DNA of 64,000 nucleotides from Dehalococcoidia bacterium (GCA_034434875.1 DAOTYJ010000142.1:3926-67925), one strand, 5' to 3'. Positions 27,196 through 36,792 are shown, numbered from the stretch's first letter. Numbers and translations are program-made. Notes: a model not told the origin generated them from the sequence alone.

Positions 27196-27726
27196 CTAGC
27201 GGCCCTGCAAGGACCGGATGAAGGCTACCAGGGCCCAGCGGTCCGATTCGGAGATCAAATTGCGCCAGGGGGGCATGTAGCGGGTTCCGTCCCGCTCGAC
27301 CCCGTTGGTAATGTACCAGAAGAGCTCGCCGTCGGTCCGGCCCAGGACCGGCTCGGCCGTAAGGTCCGCCGGCAGGGGCTTCTGGGCGGCCCGGAAGTAG
27401 GCGGCGATGATGCCGTTGCCCTTGCCCTGCTCCCCGTGGCAGGCCGCGCAGTTAACCAGAAAGACCTGCCGGCCCCGGTCCACCGTCTGCTGGGTCCGGG
27501 GCAGGGGGTTGGTCAAGTTCCGGGCCTGCTCCAGGGTGTAGTCCACCTCCCGGCCGGTTATGGGAACCGCCCCCGGCGGCGGGCTCAGCCGGGGCGGCTC
27601 CTGCCGCTTGTAGCTCCCCTGGTAGTGCATCTCATTGAAGATATCCAGGGGGTAACTGCCCGGTAGGCAGGCCGTAGCCAGCAGGAGAAGGGGTATCAGG
27701 CCGAAAAGAATCCGGGCCCGGCCCAT
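27196..27726 (-). CDS. actE: ACIII monoheme cytochrome c lipoprotein (ActE-like)
   Basis: Lipobox ATAC, EMHYQ, RPPGAVP-like PPPGAVP, CAACHG. Confidence 0.87.
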   Translation of the reverse strand: MGRARILFGLIPLLLLATACLPGSYPLDIFNEMHYQGSYKRQEPPRLSPPPGAVPITGREVDYTLEQARNLTNPLPRTQQTVDRGRQVFLVNCAACHGEQGKGNGIIAAYFRAAQKPLPADLTAEPVLGRTDGELFWYITNGVERDGTRYMPPWRNLISESDRWALVAFIRSLQGR

Positions 27727-27727
27727 C

Positions 27728-28270
27728 TCAACTCCCCCTCGGCGGCCCGGCGACGACGTCGGCGGCCCCGGCGTCCCGCATGACCCGCTCCACCACCGGC
27801 ACCTTATCCGAGGTGGTCGAAACCACCACGCCCACGTAGCCCTCGCTTATGCGGGGGTCGTAAAGGCCGACGCCGAAGGACGGCAGCCTCGACTCAAAGA
27901 GGATCCCCAGGATGGTAAACAGGATCGCCCCCAGCATCGTCCCCTCGTACATGACGATGAGCATGGCCGGGATGGCGATTACCGGCTTGCCGTGGGTGAT
28001 GAGGGGGTAGGCCATCTGGGTCCCGACGGTGAGGAGCAGGCCCACCGAAAAGCCGCAGAGGGCCCCGGCGATGGGGAAAATATAGAGCCGGTGGGCGACG
28101 GGCTTCTCCCCGAAGGCCCCCTCCGGGTAAGGCGAGCTGGTAAGCACGTCGAAGTCGTCGGGGGTTATTCCGGCCTTCTCCCCCAGCTCGTCCAGGGCCT
28201 CGGCGGCGGCCTCGGCGGTGGGGAAAATTCCGAGCAAACTCTGCCGTTGGGCAACAACCATCTTTACCAC
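27728..28270 (-). CDS. actD: ACIII subunit ActD (DUF3341)
   Basis: SSPYPEG, two TM segments, YPLITHGKP, MYEGTML, YDPRIS. Confidence 0.87.
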   Translation of the reverse strand: MVKMVVAQRQSLLGIFPTAEAAAEALDELGEKAGITPDDFDVLTSSPYPEGAFGEKPVAHRLYIFPIAGALCGFSVGLLLTVGTQMAYPLITHGKPVIAIPAMLIVMYEGTMLGAILFTILGILFESRLPSFGVGLYDPRISEGYVGVVVSTTSDKVPVVERVMRDAGAADVVAGPPRGS

Positions 28271-28271
28271 C

Positions 28272-29642
28272 TCACTCGCGGATTACTCCGGGCACGGTCA
28301 CCTTGCCCACCTTGACCTCGGCGGCAAAGACCTGGCTCTCCTTCTGCTCGTAAATGGGGATGATGGGGAAGATTTTCGCAAACAGGAAGACCCCCAGGGC
28401 TACCAGCCCAAAGGACCCGATCACCAGGCCCCATTCGGGAAGCTGGGGCTGGTAGGTGCTCCAGCTGAACTGCAACACCTGCTTGTACTGAAGGGCGGGG
28501 ACGATGAGGATATACCGCTCCAGCCACATCCCGATGTTTATCAAGACCGACGTCAAAAACATCATCGTTACACTGCGCCGCACCGACCGCATCATCAGCA
28601 GGGGCACCGGCAGAATATACGCCGTAAGCAGGAAGATAACGAACAGGGCGTTAAAGGGCCACTCGAAGATCCTCGCCTGCCAGATCTTGACCTCGGTCTC
28701 TTCCCGGGCGTAAAGCCCGAAGATGAAATCCAGCAGGAAGAAATAGAACCAGGCGTTGCCCACCACCAGCAGCAGCCGGCCCAGGGCGTCAAAGTGGTCG
28801 GGCCGGATGTAATTATGCAGTTTAAACATAAAGCGCAGGATGGCCATCAGGGTGGCCACGGCCGCAACCCCCGACCAGACGGCCCCGATGACGAAGTAGG
28901 GCGCAAAGACGGTGGAGTGCCAGCCCGGAACCAGGGCCATGGCGAAGTCGAAGGAGACGATGCTGTGGACCGAGACGAAGACCGGCAAGATCAGGCCCGA
29001 AAGAAGGATTCCGGCCAGGGTCTGGAGCCGCCACTGGCGGGGATTCCCCCGCCACCCCAGGGCGAGGATGCCGTAGAAGGTCCGCCGCCAGCCGGTGCTC
29101 CGGTCCCGGGCCACGGCCAGGTCGGGGATGAGCACCGAGTAGATAAACAGACTGCTTCCCGTCAGGTAGGTGAAGATGGCGCTCGGGTCCCAGATGAGGG
29201 GCGAGCGGACGTTGGGCCAGATGCCCCGGAAAAAGTCGTAGGGAAAGACCCAGTAGATCACCCGCCAGAACCGCCCCACGTGGACGGCCGGGTGGAGGGC
29301 GGCGGTGGCCAGGGCAAACACCGTTAAAACCTCGGCCGCCCGGGTCACCGGCCGGCGCCACTCGGCCTGGGTAAGCCTCAAGATGGCCGAGATCATCACC
29401 CCGGCGTGGCTTATCCCGACCCAGAAAACGAAGTTGGTGATCTCAAAGGCCCACATCACCGGCCAGTTCTCCCCCCAGACCCCCACCCCGGTGGCGATGA
29501 GGTAGACCACCGCGACGAAGCCGGCCCCGAAGACCAGCCCCAGCAGCATGAGCACCCCCCAGAACCAGATGGGGGTGTGCAGGACGAAATCTAAAAGCTC
29601 CCGGTTGATCTGCCGGTCGGATAAGACGGGTCGCTCTTGCAT
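28272..29642 (-). CDS. actC: ACIII quinol-binding NrfD-family subunit ActC
   Basis: WAFEITNFVFWVGISHAG, HVGRFW, SPLIWD, VSVHSIVSFDFA, PGWHST. Confidence 0.92.
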   Translation of the reverse strand: MQERPVLSDRQINRELLDFVLHTPIWFWGVLMLLGLVFGAGFVAVVYLIATGVGVWGENWPVMWAFEITNFVFWVGISHAGVMISAILRLTQAEWRRPVTRAAEVLTVFALATAALHPAVHVGRFWRVIYWVFPYDFFRGIWPNVRSPLIWDPSAIFTYLTGSSLFIYSVLIPDLAVARDRSTGWRRTFYGILALGWRGNPRQWRLQTLAGILLSGLILPVFVSVHSIVSFDFAMALVPGWHSTVFAPYFVIGAVWSGVAAVATLMAILRFMFKLHNYIRPDHFDALGRLLLVVGNAWFYFFLLDFIFGLYAREETEVKIWQARIFEWPFNALFVIFLLTAYILPVPLLMMRSVRRSVTMMFLTSVLINIGMWLERYILIVPALQYKQVLQFSWSTYQPQLPEWGLVIGSFGLVALGVFLFAKIFPIIPIYEQKESQVFAAEVKVGKVTVPGVIRE

Positions 29643-29648
29643 GGCCCC

Positions 29649-31013
29649 TTACTCCGGTTTGGCAACTACGGTAGCCTCCGTCCGCAGGTAGGGAATCGCC
29701 CGGGAGAGAAGAAGGGCCTGACGCACCTCCCAGAGGGCGAGCAGCGGCACCAGCCGGACGGCCAGAAGGTAAACCAGAACCGCGCCCGAAATCCCCCCGG
29801 CCAAAATCATGATGTCCACCAGGTCGGGGATGTACGGGCCCGGGACCGTTTCGAGCATGTGCTCGAAGACGTCCTCTACCGAAAAGGCGGCGCTGTAAAG
29901 GCGGATCCGGTCGAGGAGAAGCCCAAAGAGGATGCTCAAGGCCACCACCACGTTCCCGCCGATGCTCCGCCGGACGGGGAAAATTAACAGCATAATGAAG
30001 GGTATAAGCCAGACGAAAAGAAACTCAACGATAAAGAGGCCCAGGTACGGCCCCCCGTAAAGGAGGGTGAGCACGGCAATTTCCCGGGGCGTCCGCCCGT
30101 ACCATAGGGTAAGAAATTCGGCATAGTGAAAATACATCCAGAGGAGGGTGAGGGCCAGCATAAGCTTGGACACCCCCCAGAAGGGGTCCACGCTTATATA
30201 CGCCTCCAGCCGGCCGAAGCGCCGGACCAGGGCCATCACCAGGATGGCCGTGGCGCACCCGGCCTGGAGCCCGTCGATCCCGTGCAGGGCCGGGAAGATG
30301 GCCGAATGCCAGCCCGGAACCTGGCTCATGACAAAGTCCGTGGAAAACACCGTGTGGGCGCCCACGTAGGCCATCAGGTAAAAGGCGCTGAGCAAGGTCA
30401 TCCCCTTTTCCAGCACCCGCCACTGCCGGGTGGTTCCCGGCCAGGCCCCCGCCCCGCTTAGGTCCCCTTCGGAGGCCTCTACCATGGCCCGGTCGGGCCG
30501 GGCCGAGAGAAACACCAGCCCGAGGCCGGCTAGGAAGAGGGCCCCCAGAATAACCAGGTTCCAGACCAGGGGGATTCCCAGGGGCGAGTCGAAGTAAAGG
30601 CTCGGCCGGCCGAAGGTTGGGGGCAGGACCAGGGCGGCCGGGATGACCATCAGCACCGAGACGAGGCCGGCCAGGGAGCACATCTCCAGGGCCCGGGCCA
30701 CCGGCCGCCGCCAGTGGCCCTTGGCCAGCCGCCCGGCCACGGCCACCACCGGGGCGGCCTGGAAGGTCGAAAGAATAAAAGCTATCGTCGCCGCAAAGTA
30801 GGCCCAGCCCGCCCGGTGCTCAGTGCCCCCCGAGAGGCGCAGAATAAAGCCCACCACGCCGAGCAGGAAAAGCAGCCCGAAGAAGGCCACCGCCAGGCCG
30901 TAGGCCCCGCCGGGGCGCATCAGCCGCCGGCCGTCGGCCACCACCTGGGCCGGGGGCACGGTTATGACGTGGGGACGGTAGTGGTGTACGGCCCTATGCG
31001 TGTTCCTCGGCAT
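29649..31013 (-). CDS. Second NrfD-family membrane subunit (ActF-like)
   Basis: Paralog of ActC (HWRRPV, STDF, PGWHSA) lacking the HxGR His (reads TFGRP). Confidence 0.78.
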   Translation of the reverse strand: MPRNTHRAVHHYRPHVITVPPAQVVADGRRLMRPGGAYGLAVAFFGLLFLLGVVGFILRLSGGTEHRAGWAYFAATIAFILSTFQAAPVVAVAGRLAKGHWRRPVARALEMCSLAGLVSVLMVIPAALVLPPTFGRPSLYFDSPLGIPLVWNLVILGALFLAGLGLVFLSARPDRAMVEASEGDLSGAGAWPGTTRQWRVLEKGMTLLSAFYLMAYVGAHTVFSTDFVMSQVPGWHSAIFPALHGIDGLQAGCATAILVMALVRRFGRLEAYISVDPFWGVSKLMLALTLLWMYFHYAEFLTLWYGRTPREIAVLTLLYGGPYLGLFIVEFLFVWLIPFIMLLIFPVRRSIGGNVVVALSILFGLLLDRIRLYSAAFSVEDVFEHMLETVPGPYIPDLVDIMILAGGISGAVLVYLLAVRLVPLLALWEVRQALLLSRAIPYLRTEATVVAKPE

Positions 31014-31716
31014 GGGGGTCCACCTTTTTAAGATAGATGACGCCGGGGTCGGTTCCCAGGGACTCCATCACCCGGTAGCGGCGCCGGTCCCGGGCCAGCT
31101 GGGCCGCCCTGGTGGTGGGGTCGGCCAGGTTGCCGAAGACCAGCGCCCCGGTGGGGCAGGCCTGGGCGCAGGCCGGCTGGAACTCCTGGTCCCGGAGCTC
31201 CCGGCCCTCGGCCCGGGCCTTCCGCTCTGCCCGCCGGATCCGCTGGATGCAGAAGGTGCACTTTTCCATGATCCCCCGGCCCCGGACGGTCACGTCCGGA
31301 TTAAGGTAATTGTAATAAGACTCCGGCCAGCGGGCCTCCCAGAAGTTGAACATCCGGGCGTTGTAAGGGCAGTTGATCTGGCAGTAGCGGGTGCCCACGC
31401 ACCGGTTGTAAACCTGCACGTTTAAGCCCTGGGTGTCGTGGTGGGTGGCGTAGACCGGGCAGACGGGCTCGCAGGGGGCGTTGGTGCAGTGCTGGCAGAG
31501 CATCGGCAGAAAGCGGGCCTTTAAATCCGGGTATTCGCTTCCTTCCCAGTAGCGCTCGACCCGGATCCACTCGAAGGCCCGCCGCTGCAAGAAGAGGTCT
31601 TCGGTGTTGATGGGCAGGTTATTCTCCGTCTGGCAGGCCACCACGCAGGCCTGACAGCCCGTACAGCGGTCGAGGTCGACCACCATTCCCCAGCGGACCC
31701 GTTGTTGCTGGACCAT
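30994..31716 (-). CDS. Four-cluster ferredoxin subunit (ActB2/QrcC/NrfC-like)
   Basis: CTGCQAC, CQHC..PC, CVGTRYC (3Fe-4S type), CTFC...PACAQAC. Confidence 0.93.
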   Translation of the reverse strand: MVQQQRVRWGMVVDLDRCTGCQACVVACQTENNLPINTEDLFLQRRAFEWIRVERYWEGSEYPDLKARFLPMLCQHCTNAPCEPVCPVYATHHDTQGLNVQVYNRCVGTRYCQINCPYNARMFNFWEARWPESYYNYLNPDVTVRGRGIMEKCTFCIQRIRRAERKARAEGRELRDQEFQPACAQACPTGALVFGNLADPTTRAAQLARDRRRYRVMESLGTDPGVIYLKKVDPHAEEHA

Positions 31717-31742
31717 AGCCGTTACTCCCCCCGCAAAGGCTC

Positions 31743-33998
31743 CTAACCCCGGGTTACCCGGACGGGCCCCTCGTGCTCGAAGCCGAAGGGCGGCACCGCC
31801 CCCTCGAACTTGACCACCCGCACCCGCCGGCCCGTCCGGACCAGCCGGACCCGGGTGGCGGCGTAGGCCAGCGCCCCCGACTCCTCGTCGGTGAGGGGCG
31901 CCAGAATTCCCAAGACGTTGGCCCCCCGGCCCTGGGCATAGCGGCCGTAGTGGCGCTGGCCCCGGCCCAGGGGCACCGCCACGACCCCCGGGGGCATCCC
32001 CAGGTTGACGTAGACGGGAACCTCAATCCGGCCCACCGGCGACTCCACCGCCACCACGTCCCCCTCGGCCAGGCCCAGCCGGCGGGCGGTCTCGGGGCCG
32101 ATTTCGGCCCAGGTCTGCCAGACCAGGGTGGTTACCGGCTCGGGCACGGCCTGGAGCCACGGCAGGCCCGCCAGCACGCCCCCCGAGGCCACCCCGATGG
32201 GCTCGAAGGGTATGAGCACCAGCGGGTACTCCCGGGCGTCCCCCTGGAAGCGGGCCGCCGGCGGCTGGGCCGGAAGGCTCGGGGGCGTCGGGACCGCCTC
32301 CACGGCCGCGGCCGTATCCCACCAGCCGCCCCGCTGAAGGACCCCGTTCCAGAAGGCCTCAAAATCCACCGCCTGAACCGAGCCCCGGCCCGAGCGGTGG
32401 AGCTGGCGGGCCCCCTCCCGAACCGCCTCCCGCAGGTTCGGCCAGGGAAGCTCGGCCTGAAGCCGCCCCCCCACGGCCCGGGCCAGGCCTAAAAGCACGT
32501 CGAAAAACGAGCGGCTGTCGTAGAAGGGGTTGACGACGGGCTGCTGGAAGCCGACGACCGGGTAGCTGGGGGCCGGGTCGGTGACTTCGTCCCCCCAATC
32601 TTCCAGGTAGGTGTGGGCCGGGAGAACCAGGTCGGCGTAGGCGGCGGTATCGTCGAGGAGGGTCGCAAAGCTGACGATGTACCCGGCCTTGCCCACCACC
32701 TTTTCAAAACCGAGATACTGCAGGTGGTAGACGGGGTCGGCGTCGAAGAGGACCAAAAGCTGGACCGGCCTGGGCCGGCCGGTATCCAGCCGGGAGATGA
32801 GGGCCTGCCACTGGCTTACGGTGGCCGGGTTGGGGGTGTAAGGGACGTCCCCGTAGGGGGGCCTGGCCACCGGGCGGACCGGCCGGCCCAGGCCCACACT
32901 GCCCACCAGGTAGTTGAGGGCGTAGGCCGCCAGCAGGTTGAAGGTGCCGTTGGTGTGGGCCCCGGCCACCCCCCCGGCGACGGCCACCGCCGGCCGGGTC
33001 CGGCCGAAGGCCCGGGCAACCTCCCGGATCCGCTCGGCCGGGACCCCGGTGGCCTCACCCACCAGCTCCGGCCGGAAAGGGTTGAAGGCCGCCGGGCCGG
33101 CCCCGGCCGTAATGGCCTGAACGGCCGCCGGGTTGGCCAGGTTCTCGTTCACCAGCACGTGGGCGATGCTTAGGGCCAGGAGGCCCTCGCTCCCCGGCTT
33201 TACCGCCAGCCACTCGTCGGCGCTGGCCGCCGTGGCGGAGAACCTGGGGTCGACGTGAACCAGGGTTCCCCGGGCCCCGGGCCGTCCCTGCCGAAACTCC
33301 CCGTAGCCCCGGCTGTAGCGGACGGGGGAAACCCAGGTTCCCAGGAAGTCGGCCCCGAAGGAGAGGACGAAATTGGCCTGCTCCAGGGCAAAATCCACCA
33401 GGAAATCCGAGCCGAAGGCCCGGCGCTGGGCGGTTCGCACCACCGTCTCGTCGGGGGTGGCCAGCTGGAGGTGGTCGGCCCCGAGGGCCCGGGCGAACCG
33501 GCGGACGATTTCCGCCCGGTACCCGGTCAGAGGCCCGGTGATCAGGACCACGGTGTTTCCGGCCTGCTGGCCGACCAGGTTCTGGAGGCGCTGGGCGAGC
33601 TCCCGGAGGGCCTCGTCCCAGGAGGCCGGCCGGAACTCGGCCCGGCCCCGGTCGCCGGTCCGGATGAGGGGCCGGGCGACCCGGTCCGGATGGTAGAGGA
33701 GCTGGACCCCGGCCAGCCCCCGGGCGCAGAGCTTGCCCCGGTTCAGGGGGTGGTCGGGGTTGCCCTCAATCTTCTTGGCCCGGCCCTCCATCACCCGGAC
33801 GATGATGCCGCAGCCGGCCCGGCACTGCCGGCAGACCGACGCGTACCAGGCGTCGTCCCCGGCCAGGACGTCCTCGGGGATGCGGGCCGGGCTCTGGATC
33901 TGAAACTCCCTTTCGGGGATGCTGCAGCCGGCAAAGACGACGGCCCCGGCCGCCGACGTGGCGGCGATCTTCATAAAGTCCCGTCGGGTAACCCCCAT
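31743..33998 (-). CDS. Molybdopterin oxidoreductase-fold subunit (ActB1/QrcB-like), Tat lipoprotein
   Basis: TRRDFMK Tat motif, lipobox FAGC, CRQCRAGC...C, IEGNPDHPLNRGKLCARG, SFGADFL. Confidence 0.9.
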   Translation of the reverse strand: MGVTRRDFMKIAATSAAGAVVFAGCSIPEREFQIQSPARIPEDVLAGDDAWYASVCRQCRAGCGIIVRVMEGRAKKIEGNPDHPLNRGKLCARGLAGVQLLYHPDRVARPLIRTGDRGRAEFRPASWDEALRELAQRLQNLVGQQAGNTVVLITGPLTGYRAEIVRRFARALGADHLQLATPDETVVRTAQRRAFGSDFLVDFALEQANFVLSFGADFLGTWVSPVRYSRGYGEFRQGRPGARGTLVHVDPRFSATAASADEWLAVKPGSEGLLALSIAHVLVNENLANPAAVQAITAGAGPAAFNPFRPELVGEATGVPAERIREVARAFGRTRPAVAVAGGVAGAHTNGTFNLLAAYALNYLVGSVGLGRPVRPVARPPYGDVPYTPNPATVSQWQALISRLDTGRPRPVQLLVLFDADPVYHLQYLGFEKVVGKAGYIVSFATLLDDTAAYADLVLPAHTYLEDWGDEVTDPAPSYPVVGFQQPVVNPFYDSRSFFDVLLGLARAVGGRLQAELPWPNLREAVREGARQLHRSGRGSVQAVDFEAFWNGVLQRGGWWDTAAAVEAVPTPPSLPAQPPAARFQGDAREYPLVLIPFEPIGVASGGVLAGLPWLQAVPEPVTTLVWQTWAEIGPETARRLGLAEGDVVAVESPVGRIEVPVYVNLGMPPGVVAVPLGRGQRHYGRYAQGRGANVLGILAPLTDEESGALAYAATRVRLVRTGRRVRVVKFEGAVPPFGFEHEGPVRVTRG

Positions 33999-34010
33999 CG
34001 TTAACCCCTC

Positions 34011-34577
34011 TCAGTAGTGACAGACCCCGCAGTCGGTGGGCCCGTTGTTCTCCCGGTGGCAGTTGACACAGTCGCCCATCTTGAGGGGCCGCACCTGCTG
34101 GACCCCCTCCTTCCCCACGTTTTCGACGGCCCCGTGGCAGGTGGCGCAGGCAAAGCCCCGCTGGATGTGGACCGAGTGGACGAAGAGGACATGGTCCGGG
34201 AGCCGGTGGACCCGGTTCCAGTTAATGGGCTGATTCTGCTGCCAGTAGCTTATGAGCTTCTGGATTTCGGGCCGCTCGGTGGCCACCACCTGGTGGCAGA
34301 ACATGCACTGCTCCACCGCCGGCACCGTCGCGGCCGCCCCGGTGGCCACGTTCCGGTGGCAGAAGGTGCAGTCGAGGCGGGCCACCTGGACGTGGACGTT
34401 GTGGGGAAAGGCGATGGGCTGGGTCACCTGGGGCCGCAGGAAGGCCGGCGGCAGGCCCGCGGCCGAGACGATGACCACCCCGAGAACGGCCAGGGGAATC
34501 AGGGCGGCAACCAGCCCCCCGGCCATCAGCCCCAATCTCAGGATCCGACTCTGCGCACGCCTCATCTGGGCCCCCAA
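34011..34577 (-). CDS. actA: Pentaheme cytochrome c (ActA/QrcA-like)
   Basis: One TM segment, QPIAFPH, five CxxCH motifs, INWNRVHRLPDHV, LKMGDC. Confidence 0.92.
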   Translation of the reverse strand: MGAQMRRAQSRILRLGLMAGGLVAALIPLAVLGVVIVSAAGLPPAFLRPQVTQPIAFPHNVHVQVARLDCTFCHRNVATGAAATVPAVEQCMFCHQVVATERPEIQKLISYWQQNQPINWNRVHRLPDHVLFVHSVHIQRGFACATCHGAVENVGKEGVQQVRPLKMGDCVNCHRENNGPTDCGVCHY

Positions 34578-34586
34578 ACCTTGGGC

Positions 34587-34895
34587 TTAAAAGGCGAACT
34601 TCGGGTAAAACTTAGCGATGACCCCGGGCGCCACCGCAAGGAACTGCACCAGGAAAAAGAGGGCGGCCGCCAGGGCCGCGGCCGCCAGGATATAAAAAAC
34701 CGGCTGAAGCCGGCGGGCCGCGGCCGGGGCCTCACCCGTGGCCAGGAGGGAGGGAATGAACCCAAAACCGATAAGAAAAGCGAAGGCGGCAACGACGGCC
34801 AGAAGCAGGTAAACGGCCAGGTAAGTTATGGCCCGGAAGATCTCGGCCCAGGTCGCCGAATCGATAAAGCCCGGCTGCATGGTCCAAGGGTCCAT
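34587..34895 (-). CDS. Small hypothetical membrane protein, first gene of the act operon
   Basis: About 102 aa, 2-3 hydrophobic segments, GAGG/GGAG RBS, 9 nt before actA. Confidence 0.7.
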   Translation of the reverse strand: MDPWTMQPGFIDSATWAEIFRAITYLAVYLLLAVVAAFAFLIGFGFIPSLLATGEAPAAARRLQPVFYILAAAALAAALFFLVQFLAVAPGVIAKFYPKFAF

Positions 34896-34959
34896 AGCCG
34901 CTCCCACCTCGGTTTACTGGCCCCCATCCGCCCAGACCGGCTGCCCACGGTGCCAGTAA

Positions 34960-34988
34960 AAGATAGTGCAAATTCTCACAAATGTCAA
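34960..34988 (-). promoter_or_regulatory. act operon promoter with a Rex-like operator in the spacer
   Basis: TTGACA-17-TATCTT; TTGTGAG-AATT-TGCACTA at 34981-34964. Confidence 0.7.
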
Positions 34989-35503
34989 CCCGTCCGGAGC
35001 CGCCGGGCCCAGGCCGCCAGGGCCTGGGCGACGTTTTTAAAAGCCACCTTTTCGGGGAGCTCCTCCGGGCCGAACCAGGCCCGGCCGGCCACGTCGTCGG
35101 CCGGCCGGGCCTCCCCCGCTTCGGCCTCGGCCAGGTAGTGGATGTTCAGGGTCGGCTCGCCGCCCGGCCCGTAGCGGTCGGGGAATATTCCCAGCAGGCC
35201 CCGGACCCTTATCTCCAGGCCGGTTTCCTCCCGGACTTCCCGCTTTACGGCCGCAATGGGGTCTTCGTCGGGCTCGATAAATCCTCCCGGCAGGTCCCAG
35301 CAGCCCTCAAAGGGCGGCCGGGCCCGGCGGGCCAGGAGAACCCGGCCGTTCCGGTTGACGACGGCGCTGGCGGTGGGCTTGGGGTTGGGGTAAAAGACGG
35401 CCCCGCAGCGGGCGCACCTTTTCGGCCCGAGGCCGCCGGCGGCCTCAAGCTCCCCCGCGCACCTGGGGCAGTAGCGCCAGGCATCCCAGTAAGGGTCGGC
35501 CAT
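34985..35503 (-). CDS. Nudix hydrolase with N-terminal zinc ribbon
   Basis: YCPRC...CARC, Nudix box GGFIEPDEDPIAAVKREVREETG; TATAAT at 35522-35517. Confidence 0.92.
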   Translation of the reverse strand: MADPYWDAWRYCPRCAGELEAAGGLGPKRCARCGAVFYPNPKPTASAVVNRNGRVLLARRARPPFEGCWDLPGGFIEPDEDPIAAVKREVREETGLEIRVRGLLGIFPDRYGPGGEPTLNIHYLAEAEAGEARPADDVAGRAWFGPEELPEKVAFKNVAQALAAWARRLRTG

Positions 35504-35535
35504 CTCCGCCGGGGAAATTATAGGCCAGGGGGCCC

Positions 35536-36759
35536 CTACCCGGCCAGGGCGGCATCGAAGGCCTCCAGGGTCCGGCCCAGGTCGGCCTCGGTGTGGGCTA
35601 AAGATAGATAAAACTTGGCCGAAAGGTTGACCAAAATCCCCGCCTTTAAAAGCTCGGCGTTAAGCCGCCCAAGCCTTGCCCGGTCCGAGCGGTCGATCCC
35701 CGCCTGGTCCCGGATGGGCTCGGGGCTGAAATAGACCCCGGCCAGGGGCCCGTCCCCCAAAACCTGCAGGGCCACCCCCCGCCGCCGGGCGACCTCGGCA
35801 AACCCGGCCCGAAGCCTTAAGCCCAGCTCGTGGAGCCGCTCATAAACCCCGGGCCGCCTAAGCTCTTTTAAGGTGGCCAGCCCGGCCGCACAGGCGACGG
35901 GGTTGCCGTTTAAGGTCCCGCTTAAGAAGACAAACCGCTCAGCTTCGGCCCCGGGCGCCGCAAGGCTTAAGATTTCCGGCCGGCCCGCCACCGCCGCCAG
36001 GGGGTAGCCCCCGCCGACGATTTTGCCGTAGGCGGCCAGGTCGGGGGTAACCCCGTAGTATTCGGCCGCCCCGCCCCAGGCCAGCCGAAAGCCCGTCACC
36101 ACCTCGTCGAAGACCAAGACGATGCCGTGCCGGGCCGTGGCCGCCCTTAAGCCCGCAAGAAACCCGCCCACCGGCGGAATCACCCGCTGCAAAGGCTCGA
36201 CGATGACGGCCGCCAGCTCCCCGGCGTGGGCCTCGATGAGGCTTAAGGCCCCCTCCAGGTCGTTAAAGGGGGCCACAAGGACCGTATCCTTGACGGCCCG
36301 GGGAATCCCGGCCGAAGCCTCCCCGATGGTGTAGTCCTGATGGCCGTGGTAGCCCCCGGCAAAACGCAAAACCTTTTCCCGGCCGGTAAAGGCCCGGGCA
36401 AGCCTTAAGGCGTAGTTGGTGGCCTCGGCCCCGGAGTTGCAGTAGCGCAGTACCCAGCCCGCAGGCAGGGCCGAAAGGATAAGCTCGGCCAGTTCGAGGG
36501 CCGGCTCATTGACCATGTAAAAGGTGGAGCCCAAGGCGGCCTGCCTTTTTACGGCCTCGACCACGGCGGGGTGGGCGTGGCCCAAAATGAGGGGTCCCGA
36601 GCCGAGGATGTAGTCGATGTATTCGCGGCCCCGGTGGTCGAAGACCCGGCTCCCCTGGCCCCGAACCGGGACGATTTCAAAATCTTCGGGCGGCCTAAAG
36701 CCCCCGAAATATCCGCCCGGAAAGACCCGACCCAGGCGCTCGGCGAGGCTGTCGGTCAT
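35536..36759 (-). CDS. Class III PLP aminotransferase (glutamate-1-semialdehyde aminomutase-like)
   Basis: NSGAEA, GGYHG, FDEVVTGFR, YGKIVGGGYP, SGTLNGNP. Confidence 0.88.
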   Translation of the reverse strand: MTDSLAERLGRVFPGGYFGGFRPPEDFEIVPVRGQGSRVFDHRGREYIDYILGSGPLILGHAHPAVVEAVKRQAALGSTFYMVNEPALELAELILSALPAGWVLRYCNSGAEATNYALRLARAFTGREKVLRFAGGYHGHQDYTIGEASAGIPRAVKDTVLVAPFNDLEGALSLIEAHAGELAAVIVEPLQRVIPPVGGFLAGLRAATARHGIVLVFDEVVTGFRLAWGGAAEYYGVTPDLAAYGKIVGGGYPLAAVAGRPEILSLAAPGAEAERFVFLSGTLNGNPVACAAGLATLKELRRPGVYERLHELGLRLRAGFAEVARRRGVALQVLGDGPLAGVYFSPEPIRDQAGIDRSDRARLGRLNAELLKAGILVNLSAKFYLSLAHTEADLGRTLEAFDAALAG

Positions 36760-36792
36760 CGTGCCGCTCCTCCGGTGGGGAAATGTCTCCCA

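Noticed and set aside
31743-33998. Calling B1 a catalytic molybdoenzyme (Psr, Ttr or Nar type)
   Set aside because: No clear Cys, Ser or Sec Mo ligand, and the context is actA/C/D/E. Left open as a test.
35536-36759. Calling the aminotransferase hemL
   Set aside because: GSA-like paralogs are common and no tetrapyrrole genes are adjacent.
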